The translations under genes and the position numbers were made by a program. A stretch of 64,000 nucleotides of DNA, taken from NCBI GenBank assembly GCA_963798515.1, contig CAWCTS010000039.1, forward strand, positions 4,873 through 68,872, read 5' to 3'. Position 1 is the stretch's first letter; each line of letters begins with the position of its first letter. This DNA comes from an uncultured Alphaproteobacteria bacterium. Lineage in GTDB: Bacteria > Pseudomonadota > Alphaproteobacteria > Rhizobiales > Beijerinckiaceae. Positions 19,902 through 27,113 of the stretch are shown here, piece by piece. The notes under the pieces are model-generated. The model was not told the DNA's origin. It was given only the letters and a program-made list of their open reading frames with translations, and made no database searches.

Positions 19902-19997
19902 TGTCAGTTTTCCGACGGGATCCTGAAACCTTTCGAGACGCGCGAGGCGATTTCTCCCTGTAAACGCTCTACTGAGCGCTCTGGTCCGATTCTCGCT
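19902..19997 (+). promoter_or_regulatory. Weak NifA-like UAS plus sigma54-like promoter upstream of the TOBE gene
   Basis: TGT-CAGTTTTCCG-ACG (19902-19917, one mismatch to TGT-N10-ACA) and TGGTCCGATTCTCGCT (19982-19997, GG-N10-GC). Confidence 0.4.
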
Positions 19998-20011
19998 TCC
20001 TGCTTTTCGTC

Positions 20012-20488
20012 ATGCCCGCTCTGCGACAAATCGCTCCGCGAAAGAGCCTCCCCCTCGTCAGCCGCCTGGACGCCCGCGTCCTGCGGCATGACGAAGACTA
20101 CGGGCTCTCGACGCTGCATTTCGCCGACGGCGAGCTGCGGGCGCCGCGGGTCGAGGCGCCGATCGGCGCGGGCCTGCGCGTCAAGATCGACGCGCGCGAC
20201 GTCTCGATCGCGCTGTCGCGTCCGATGGACGTCTCCATTCTCAACCGGGTTCCCGGGTCGATCGTCGAGCTGACGCCGCTGGGCCTGCCTTTCGTTCGCC
20301 TCACGGTGAGCCTCGGCGCGACGCAAATCTATGCGCTCGTCACCGCCGAATCCGTCGATCGTCTCGCGCTCGAGGAAGGCCTGCGCGTGTGGGCGATGCT
20401 CAAGAGCCTTGCGATCGCCGAGGAGCCGCTTCCGGACTCGCGTCTGCCGAGGTCGCGGGGCTTGCGCGTCGTTCGAAGCTCGGATTGA
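20012..20488 (+). CDS. Stand-alone TOBE/Mop domain protein resembling the ModC C-terminal molybdate-binding region
   Basis: RVKIDARDVSIAL, SILNRVPG, ALVTAESVDRLALEEG, VWAMLKS; no ATPase domain. Confidence 0.8.
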   Translation: MPALRQIAPRKSLPLVSRLDARVLRHDEDYGLSTLHFADGELRAPRVEAPIGAGLRVKIDARDVSIALSRPMDVSILNRVPGSIVELTPLGLPFVRLTVSLGATQIYALVTAESVDRLALEEGLRVWAMLKSLAIAEEPLPDSRLPRSRGLRVVRSSD

Positions 20489-20846
20489 GCGCCGCCGCGA
20501 TCTCGCCGAGCGCCGGCTTCGCCTGAGCGCGCGCGCGCCGCTCGATCGAGGCGTAGACCGCGACGATCCTCTCGCCAAAGGGCGTCAGCTCCGCGCCGCC
20601 GCCGCGCCGGCCCGGATGCGTCGCGATCACCGGCTGCTCGAAGGCGCGGTTGAGCGCGTCCACGATGAGCCAGCAGGTGCGGTAGGAGACGCCCGTGGCG
20701 CGGCTCGCTCCGAGGATCGAGCGCTGCTTGCGTATGGCCGCGATGATGCGCAGCTCGTCGGGGCCAAGCTTCGCGCCATTGGCGAAATGCAGGGCGATCT
20801 CGAGCCGCGTCTCGGCCAAGGGCTCCGCAGAGGGTACGCCGCTCAC
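20400..20846 (-). CDS. ModE-family winged-helix regulator, DNA-binding domain only
   Basis: LGP, SILGASRATGVSYRTCW, LNRAF, PVI, GGGAELTPFG; GTG start overlaps the DUF2478 stop. Confidence 0.82.
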   Translation of the reverse strand: MSGVPSAEPLAETRLEIALHFANGAKLGPDELRIIAAIRKQRSILGASRATGVSYRTCWLIVDALNRAFEQPVIATHPGRRGGGAELTPFGERIVAVYASIERRARAQAKPALGEIAAALNPSFERRASPATSADASPEAAPRRSQGS

Positions 20847-21400
20847 TACGCGGCCTCGCAAGCGCGTTGGGGGGTCTGCTGCGCCCACCAGCCTTCCAGC
20901 GCCTCGGGGCTCGCATCGAGGAACTGGAACAGCGGGGCGGCGAAGAGCTCCCATTCCTCCGCCGCGGCCGGGGAGACGACGGTCAATATGGGAAGGTCCG
21001 CCTCGATCGCGGCGCGAAACGCGTCGGCGAGGCCGCTACGGGCGGCCTCCAGCTTTCCGAACTTGCTCAAAACGACGAGATCGGCCCCTTCCGAGATCGC
21101 CGTTTCGATCCGCCCGCAGGCTCTGACCAGCGCGGCGGGGTCGAGATTGCAGGCGGTCGAGCCGCGCCCAAGGTCCTGCGAGATTGAGATCGTCTCTCCC
21201 GACAGGAGATCGCGGACGCGGAAGTGCTTGCAGGCGCCGTCATGCGCGCAATCGGAGTCCTCGACGACGCCGGCGACGCGCAGGCCGGCGCTGGCGCGGC
21301 GCTGCGCGAATTCGTCGAGGAGGGTCTGCATCGCCGAGCTCGGCGCGCCGCGTAGCGCTGCGATGCGCGGAATCCCACAATCCGTCTCGTCCATGAGCAT
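20846..21400 (-). CDS. DUF2478 family protein
   Basis: ISQDLGRGSTACNLDP, LVVLSKFGKLEA, GLADAF, PILTVV. Confidence 0.85.
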   Translation of the reverse strand: MLMDETDCGIPRIAALRGAPSSAMQTLLDEFAQRRASAGLRVAGVVEDSDCAHDGACKHFRVRDLLSGETISISQDLGRGSTACNLDPAALVRACGRIETAISEGADLVVLSKFGKLEAARSGLADAFRAAIEADLPILTVVSPAAAEEWELFAAPLFQFLDASPEALEGWWAQQTPQRACEAA

Positions 21401-21416
21401 GAAGGCCTCCTCGCGG

Positions 21417-22289
21417 TTAATGCATGAGCGCGGCGGAACGCGACGCGCTGCGCGCGCGAACGCGGGCGCCGGCGAGCACGGCCTGCGCGGTCGCCTCGGC
21501 GACGGCGCGCCCCAGCTCGTCCGTGCCGGTCCAGCAGGCCCAGCGGCCGCGCGGATCGATCTCCACGAGCTTTGCGCCTTCCGGCGCCTGCGCGCCGTCG
21601 CGCGCGAGGCCGCGCAGGAAGCCGTCCATCGGCGCGACCAGAGGCGCGCCCCCGTGCCGTCCGATCGTCACGCCCTTGTAGACCCGGTCTCCGATGTTGA
21701 GCGGCGTGCGCCAGACGCCGGCGCGCGGCGCGCGAAGGAAGCGCTCCTCGCCGAGGCCGCCGAGCGCGCGCGGGATTCCATCGCTGGCCCAGGTGCGGCC
21801 CGTTTTCAACACCGCCCCGGCGCGGGCGGGATGCGTCTCGATCGCCACATCGCAATTGACGCCCACCGTAAAATTGGGGCCGAGGCCCACGGCCAGGCCA
21901 GCGAGACCGCGCAGATCCGGGGTGACTCGGTCCTTCTGCATGCGCGCGTCGATGATCGCATCCGCCCGCCGCAGGGGAATCAGATCCGTAGCGTGCAACG
22001 GCGTGACGGCGACGCAGCCGCCGCGCGCAAAAATCTCGAAGAACTCCACTGCGTTTTCGGCGCGCCGGCCGGTGATCCCGTCGACCTGCGCGCTATCCTC
22101 GTAGAGAGCGTCATGAAAGGACATGCCGCGCCGCAGCACCGGCGGATGCGGATCGTAGCTGAGCGCGGCGTCGAAGCCCTCCCATGAGAGCCTTACCGCG
22201 ACCGCCGAGGCGATCTCATTCGTGCCGAGGATGATCGCAAAGCCGCGGCCTGCGTTGCTCTGTGCGCTCCACATCGTTGATCCGTCCAT
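21417..22289 (-). CDS. YqeB-like protein (molybdenum-hydroxylase accessory family)
   Basis: GTNEIASAVAVRL, RRGMSF, DARMQK, GLGPNF, CDVAIET, ERFLRAP, GFLRGL, KLVEIDPR. Confidence 0.75.
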   Translation of the reverse strand: MDGSTMWSAQSNAGRGFAIILGTNEIASAVAVRLSWEGFDAALSYDPHPPVLRRGMSFHDALYEDSAQVDGITGRRAENAVEFFEIFARGGCVAVTPLHATDLIPLRRADAIIDARMQKDRVTPDLRGLAGLAVGLGPNFTVGVNCDVAIETHPARAGAVLKTGRTWASDGIPRALGGLGEERFLRAPRAGVWRTPLNIGDRVYKGVTIGRHGGAPLVAPMDGFLRGLARDGAQAPEGAKLVEIDPRGRWACWTGTDELGRAVAEATAQAVLAGARVRARSASRSAALMH

Positions 22290-22325
22290 CGCCGCGCTCT
22301 TTCCTGTCGAGGTTCGACACCGCGG

Positions 22326-22341
22326 AGCAAAGGCCGCGCCA
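22326..22341 (-). promoter_or_regulatory. Sigma54 -24/-12 promoter for the YqeB-like/DUF2478/ModE operon
   Basis: Minus strand reads TGGCGC-GGCCT-TTGCT, near-perfect TGGCAC-N5-TTGCW, ~36 nt upstream of the start. Confidence 0.8.
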
Positions 22342-22419
22342 AGGGTGATGAGGATCTAGAAGAGTCTGAAAAATCATCGGCTTATTCAAGAGCAGGCCCT
22401 GCCATGCGGCGGCCGATAA

Positions 22420-22441
22420 GCTGTATTGTTACGAATATAGC
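22420..22441. promoter_or_regulatory. Putative ModE/Mop Mo-box 1
   Basis: GCTGTAT-N8-ATATAGC imperfect palindrome with ModE-box spacing. Confidence 0.62.
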
Positions 22442-22452
22442 TGATGCCGTCA

Positions 22453-22474
22453 GTTATGTTGTCGCGAATATAAC
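22453..22474. promoter_or_regulatory. Putative ModE/Mop Mo-box 2
   Basis: GTTATGT-TGTCGCGA-ATATAAC; imperfect direct repeat of box 1, 33 bp downstream. Confidence 0.68.
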
Positions 22475-22475
22475 A
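22460..22475. promoter_or_regulatory. NifA-type upstream activator sequence
   Basis: TGT-CGCGAATATA-ACA (TGT-N10-ACA), ~120 bp and ~85 bp from the two divergent sigma54 promoters. Confidence 0.65.
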
Positions 22476-22560
22476 AGGGTTGTTCGCTTGAGGATTGCGA
22501 CCCTTGGCGCATCCCGCGCCAGTGCTGCGTTTTCCGCGGGTTGCAGATGCAAAGCGCGGC

Positions 22561-22576
22561 TGGCGCCTCGCCTGCA
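22561..22576 (+). promoter_or_regulatory. Sigma54 -24/-12 promoter for the globin-FeSII-rubrerythrin arm
   Basis: TGGCGC-CTCGC-CTGCA with GG-N10-GC spacing. Confidence 0.72.
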
Positions 22577-22666
22577 TAAGGGCGCGCATCGGCGTTGCGC
22601 TTGCGCGGCCCCCAGCGTAGACGCTCGACCCCACGACCTCGCCGCAACGACAATGAGAGACGGCTC

Positions 22667-23119
22667 ATGACCACCTTCGACTTCCCGAGAATCGACGACC
22701 CGGCCGAGAGAGAACGCATCGAGGCCGCGATCGTGGCCTGCGTGCGCGACTTCTATGGGCGCGGTCTCGCCGATCCGATGCTTGGACCGGTCATGAGCGG
22801 GTCGATTCACGATCTCGACAGTCACGTCGCGACGGTCGCGAACTTCTGGTCGAAGTCGCTGCTGCACACCGAGCGCTACGACGGGCATCCCTACACCGCT
22901 CATACGCATCTGCCGGTCGAGCCCGAGCATTTCGCGCGCTGGCTGGAGCTCTTCACCCAAGCCGTGCGCGACAACCTCCCCGCAACACAGGCCGAGCAGG
23001 CGCTCGCCAAGGCGACGCATATGGCGCAATGCTTCCAGGCGGGATTGTTCCCCTTTCAGGGAGCGGACGGACACCCGAGCCGCACGCCGTCCGACACGCC
23101 GATTCCCGTCGCGCACTGA
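22667..23119 (+). CDS. Group III truncated haemoglobin
   Basis: VRDFY, DPMLGPV, HVATVANFWS, YDGHP..AH, HFARWLELF. Confidence 0.88.
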   Translation: MTTFDFPRIDDPAERERIEAAIVACVRDFYGRGLADPMLGPVMSGSIHDLDSHVATVANFWSKSLLHTERYDGHPYTAHTHLPVEPEHFARWLELFTQAVRDNLPATQAEQALAKATHMAQCFQAGLFPFQGADGHPSRTPSDTPIPVAH

Positions 23120-23290
23120 TCGCCACGCCGGCGCCGCAGCGTTAGACGCACGTCGCTTGCGCGCGCAAATGCGACATAGCGCCGCAAAAGGGCGACGAGA
23201 GCGCACATTTGTCTCCGGGTCTGCTAGCTTGACGGTTGGGCGCTATTCGCGCGGGAGGCGTGCGCCCCAACCACAAAGCCGAGGAAGCCC

Positions 23291-23656
23291 ATGCCCAACG
23301 TTACTTTCGAATCGCCCCTGCTGCACAAGAATCTCACCATCTACGCCATTGCGGGGGACACCTCGACCGTGCTCGCGGTGGCTGAAGCCAATAAGGTGGC
23401 GATCCCTCACGATTGCCGCGACGGCGAATGCGGCTCCTGCCTCATCGAGGTCGTGACGCTCTCCGGCAAGACCATGGGCTCGGCGCTCACCGAGAAGGAA
23501 AAGACGCAGCTGAAATCGCTCGGCAAGATCACGCAGGAGGAGATCCGCAAGGCGGAGGTCGAGGACGTCGCGCCGCGCTTCCGTCTCGCCTGCCAATATG
23601 TCGTGCGCGATCAGGACATTCTGGTGAAGTTCACCGGGGAGCCCGGCGGCGCTTAA
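23291..23656 (+). CDS. fesII: [2Fe-2S] ferredoxin of the FeSII (Shethna protein II) type, nitrogenase conformational protection
   Basis: FESPL, CRDGECGSC, LTEKEK..LKSLGK, RLACQ and C-terminal FTGEPGGA parallel Azotobacter vinelandii FeSII as recalled; 121 aa. Confidence 0.82.
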   Translation: MPNVTFESPLLHKNLTIYAIAGDTSTVLAVAEANKVAIPHDCRDGECGSCLIEVVTLSGKTMGSALTEKEKTQLKSLGKITQEEIRKAEVEDVAPRFRLACQYVVRDQDILVKFTGEPGGA

Positions 23657-23671
23657 AGGGAAGGTTTCACC

Positions 23672-24151
23672 ATGGAATCGGTCGAGCTGTTTCTCGCCTA
23701 TGCGATCCGCTTGGAAGAGGAAGCCGCCCTGCGCTTCGGCCAGCTCGCCGACGCCATGGACAGTTGCGGCAATCGCGAAGTCGGCAATCTGTTTCGCAGG
23801 CTTTCGGACTATTCGCGTCTGCATCTCGCGGACGCGAGGGCCCGCTCCGGCTTTCGCAACGTCCCGAAGATGAAGACGGGGGAGTTCGAATGGCCGGACC
23901 TGGAAAGCCCCGAGGCCGCGGCGATCTGGGCCGCAGACCCGTTTCTCGGCCGAAACGAGGCGCTGGAGATCGCGCTTGCGGCCGAAGAGGCCGGCTACGA
24001 TTACTACAAGAAGGTCCTCGACGAGACGACCGATCCGGAGGTCAAGGCTCTGGCGCGCGAATTCGTCGACGAAGAAAGCGGCCACATAGCCGAACTCAAG
24101 CGGTGGATCGCGGCGAGCGCCGCCGGTAAGGCCGCTCCGGTTGGAAGTTGA
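23672..24151 (+). CDS. Rubrerythrin/ferritin-like di-iron protein
   Basis: AIRLEEEA, ALAAEEAGYDYY, EESGH; no rubredoxin domain; starts 15 nt after the ferredoxin stop. Confidence 0.83.
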   Translation: MESVELFLAYAIRLEEEAALRFGQLADAMDSCGNREVGNLFRRLSDYSRLHLADARARSGFRNVPKMKTGEFEWPDLESPEAAAIWAADPFLGRNEALEIALAAEEAGYDYYKKVLDETTDPEVKALAREFVDEESGHIAELKRWIAASAAGKAAPVGS

Positions 24152-24222
24152 GACGGCGTCCGTCGTCTCGACGACAGCCGCCGATCGACATGCTTCGCTG
24201 AAATCTCGAAGGAAAGTCTGAG

Positions 24223-24984
24223 ATGGTGATCAAAAGATGCGGCGGCAAAAATGCGGCGCGCGATTTCGCGCGCCGTTTTGTTTTATTGGGGCTGTGCATC
24301 GTCGGCGCGTCGCCCGCCGCGGCCCAGGAGGCTGCGGCGCCTGCGCCAGAGATGCCGTCCTCACATCACATGCATCATCATCAGATGGACGGCGGCGACG
24401 GCGCTTTTCATCGAAGCTTCGACGGCGCTGAAAACTGGGCGAAGGAATTCGACGCGGCCGAGCGCGACGCGTGGCAGAAGCCGCAGGAAGTGCTCGACGC
24501 GCTCAAGATCGGCAAATCCGCGATCGTGGCGGACATTGGCGCCGGCACGGGCTATTTCGCCACGCGCATCGCGCGGCTCGCGCCAGAGGGCCGCGTCTAT
24601 GCGGTCGACGTCGAGCCGGACATGGCGCGCTATCTCGGCGAGCGCGCGAAGCGGGAGGGGCTCTCCAACCTCGTTCCGGTTTTGGCGCCAAGCGACAGTC
24701 CCGCGCTGCCGCAACCCGTCGACCTCGCGCTCGTCGTCGACACTTTCCACCACATCGGCCATCGCGTCGCCTATTTCACGCGGCTCAAATCCTCGCTGAA
24801 AGACGACGGTCGTCTTGTGATCATCGATTTCAAGGCCGATTCGCCGAATGGCCCGCCGCCGGAGCACCGCATTCCGCCGCAAAAAGCCGTGCAGGAGCTC
24901 GCGGAGGCCGGCTTCACATTGGTCGAGCAGCCTGACTTCCTGCCGCGGCAATATCTGCTGGTCTTCCGCAAGAGCGCGCCGTAG
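24223..24984 (+). CDS. Class I SAM-dependent methyltransferase with signal peptide and His-rich linker; start uncertain
   Basis: VADIGAGTGYF, VYAVDV, DTFHHI, RDAWQKP; LLGLCIVGASPAAA signal, HHMHHH. Confidence 0.83.
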   Translation: MVIKRCGGKNAARDFARRFVLLGLCIVGASPAAAQEAAAPAPEMPSSHHMHHHQMDGGDGAFHRSFDGAENWAKEFDAAERDAWQKPQEVLDALKIGKSAIVADIGAGTGYFATRIARLAPEGRVYAVDVEPDMARYLGERAKREGLSNLVPVLAPSDSPALPQPVDLALVVDTFHHIGHRVAYFTRLKSSLKDDGRLVIIDFKADSPNGPPPEHRIPPQKAVQELAEAGFTLVEQPDFLPRQYLLVFRKSAP

Positions 24985-24995
24985 CGCGGCGCAAT

Positions 24996-25436
24996 TCAGC
25001 CCGCGACGCTTCCAAGCTTCGCGAGCGTTGCGGCGTCCGGCGCGCCGCCGCAACAGCGCTGGATCGCCTCTTGAAACAGCGCCTCATCCGGCGCGGCGGC
25101 GGCAAAGAGCGTCGCGCAGGAGCGAAACTTCATGTCGTCGGGAGAGCCGAAGAGTTCTCCCAGAGGACGGTCCGCCGCGATGACGAGGCGTACGCATTCG
25201 CGCAGCCTTTCTCCGAGCAAAGGATGCGCGAGATAGGCCCGCGCCTCGGCGCGTCCGCCAATCGCATAGCGCACCGCCATCACGCTGGAGCCGAGGCCCG
25301 CGATCTGCGGGAAGACGAACCACATCCAATGCGTGCGCTTGCGTCCCGCGCGCAGCTCGGCGAGAACGCTCTCGATGACCGGCGCCTGCGCCGCGACGAA
25401 GCGCTCGAGCTCGAAGGGATCGTCGTTTCGTGGCAT
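24996..25436 (-). CDS. DUF1810 family protein
   Basis: LERFVAAQ, GRKRTHWMWFVFPQIAGLG, YLAHPLLGERL, DDMKFRSCATLF. Confidence 0.9.
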   Translation of the reverse strand: MPRNDDPFELERFVAAQAPVIESVLAELRAGRKRTHWMWFVFPQIAGLGSSVMAVRYAIGGRAEARAYLAHPLLGERLRECVRLVIAADRPLGELFGSPDDMKFRSCATLFAAAAPDEALFQEAIQRCCGGAPDAATLAKLGSVAG

Positions 25437-25459
25437 GCGATGCGCGGCCTCGCGTCCTT

Positions 25460-25575
25460 TAGAGCGCTTCCCGCTCGAACGAAATCGTTCGAGCGATAAG
25501 GAATCGCTCCAAATCCAAAACTTAGAGCATGTCCCGATCGGAAAACCGCTTCGCACTTTTCCGGGACATGCTCTA
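25460..25575. repeat. 116-bp MITE-like composite palindrome (BRU-RS/RIME-like Rhizobiales repeat)
   Basis: TAGAGC...GCTCTA termini; internal stems CGCTCGAACG-AAAT-CGTTCGAGCG and TAGAGCATGTCCCG...CGGGACATGCTCTA. Confidence 0.8.
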
Positions 25576-25584
25576 GGCGCTCGT

Positions 25585-26160
25585 TCAAAACCCAGGCTCA
25601 GGCGAGCGGTCTTCGAGCGGGTGGCCGGCTTTCTCCCAGCCGTCCGTGCCCTCGGGATACCAGTAGACATTCGCGTAGCCGAGCGAGAGCGCGCGTTTGG
25701 CCGCGTTCCAGGACATCCAGCAATTCTCGAGGCAATAAAAAACCAGGGGCTTCTGCCTGTCGCCGCCGGAAGCCTTCGCGAGCCCCGTTTCGAAATAGCG
25801 CTGCGTCGTCTCCGCCAGCGCGCCGAAGCCCGTGTTGACGAGCCAGAGGCTGCCGGGAATGTCGGCGCGCGGCTTGTCGCGCCAGACCGTCTGCGGCGGC
25901 AGGTCGGCGGGCTTGGGCGGACGCGGCAAAGCGTCGATGAAGACGGCGGATTTTCCCTGCCACAGATCGAACGCCTGCGGCGTGTCGATGACATGCGCGC
26001 CCTTCAGCGTCGCCGGCGTCGGCGAGCGGTAGTCGTCCTGGCGATAGTCCGCGGGTTCATCCACCTCTCCGCGCGCCGGAGCGCAAGCGAGGAGCGCCAG
26101 AAGTCCCATGGCGAAGCCAGGAGCGGCGCGCCGGCTCGGGCGAGACCTATCGTTTCTCAT
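25585..26160 (-). CDS. PQQ-dependent catabolism-associated CXXCW motif protein (rhodanese-like, exported)
   Basis: EPADYRQDDYRSPTP, IPGSLWL, FYCLENCWMSWNAAKRA, WYPEGTDGW; signal peptide. Confidence 0.9.
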   Translation of the reverse strand: MRNDRSRPSRRAAPGFAMGLLALLACAPARGEVDEPADYRQDDYRSPTPATLKGAHVIDTPQAFDLWQGKSAVFIDALPRPPKPADLPPQTVWRDKPRADIPGSLWLVNTGFGALAETTQRYFETGLAKASGGDRQKPLVFYCLENCWMSWNAAKRALSLGYANVYWYPEGTDGWEKAGHPLEDRSPEPGF

Positions 26161-26311
26161 TCCAGTTGATCCATCGCCAAGCCTCTTCGCGCCTTCGTGG
26201 CGCGCCTGACGTGAAATCCCTAACGCCGCGCGGCCTGCGGCGGCAAGCCGCTTGTCGCCGTCGGGCGCGTCGGCTTAAAAGACCGCCTCCCGTCCCCTGT
26301 GCGGTCCCGTC

Positions 26312-27109
26312 ATGCTGCTGTTCTTGCGCTCGCTCGTCTTCCAATGCTCGTACTACGTCGGCACGGTGCTGCTGATGCTCGTCTGGCTCCCGACGCTGAT
26401 CACGGGTCCGCGCGGGATCGTGCAGGAGCTCGGTCGGCAGTGGGGCCGCACGACGCTCTGGCTCTTGGAGAAAATCTGCGGGCTGAAGCACGAAATCCGC
26501 GGGGTCGAGAACATACCGAAAGGCGCGGTGATCGTCGCCGCCAAGCACCAGTCGGTCTGGGACACCTTCACGCTGCCGATCTTCTTTCCGGACTTTTCCT
26601 TCATCCTGAAACATGAATTGGTCTATCTGCCGCTCTTCGGCTGGTATCTGCTACGTTCCGAGCAGATCGCGATCGACCGGGCCAAGGGACGCAAGGCGCT
26701 GCCGCAGCTTGTCTCCAAAGCCAAAGCGCTCTTCGCGCAAAACCGCCAGCTCTTTATCTTTCCGGAGGGCACGCGCCGGCCGCCCGGCGCGCCGCCGGCC
26801 TATAAGTTCGGCGTCGCCTTGATCTATGAGGAGACCGGCGCCGCGGTGCTGCCGGTCGTGCTGAATTCCGGGCTGTTCTGGCCGCGCCATGGCTTTCGCA
26901 TCCGGCCGGGCGTCGCCGTCATGGAGTTTCTGCCGCCGATCGCCCCCGGACTGAGCCCGCACGCCTTCTTCTCCTTGCTGCAACAGCAGCTCGAGGCTGG
27001 AACCGAAAGGCTCTTGCAGGAGGCCGCGGCGAAGGACCCCGCGGTCGCGGCGATCATCGAGAAGAACAGGCTCACGCCCGCGCCGGCCGCGGCCCGCGCT
27101 GAGGGTTGA
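26312..27109 (+). CDS. plsC: 1-acyl-sn-glycerol-3-phosphate acyltransferase
   Basis: KHQSVWD, IDR, FPEGTR motifs. Confidence 0.88.
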   Translation: MLLFLRSLVFQCSYYVGTVLLMLVWLPTLITGPRGIVQELGRQWGRTTLWLLEKICGLKHEIRGVENIPKGAVIVAAKHQSVWDTFTLPIFFPDFSFILKHELVYLPLFGWYLLRSEQIAIDRAKGRKALPQLVSKAKALFAQNRQLFIFPEGTRRPPGAPPAYKFGVALIYEETGAAVLPVVLNSGLFWPRHGFRIRPGVAVMEFLPPIAPGLSPHAFFSLLQQQLEAGTERLLQEAAAKDPAVAAIIEKNRLTPAPAAARAEG

Positions 27110-27113
27110 CGGC

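Noticed and set aside
24996-25994. 332-aa ORF reading through the palindromic element into DUF1810
   Set aside because: Upstream part overlaps the CXXCW gene out of frame; DUF1810 homology starts at 25436
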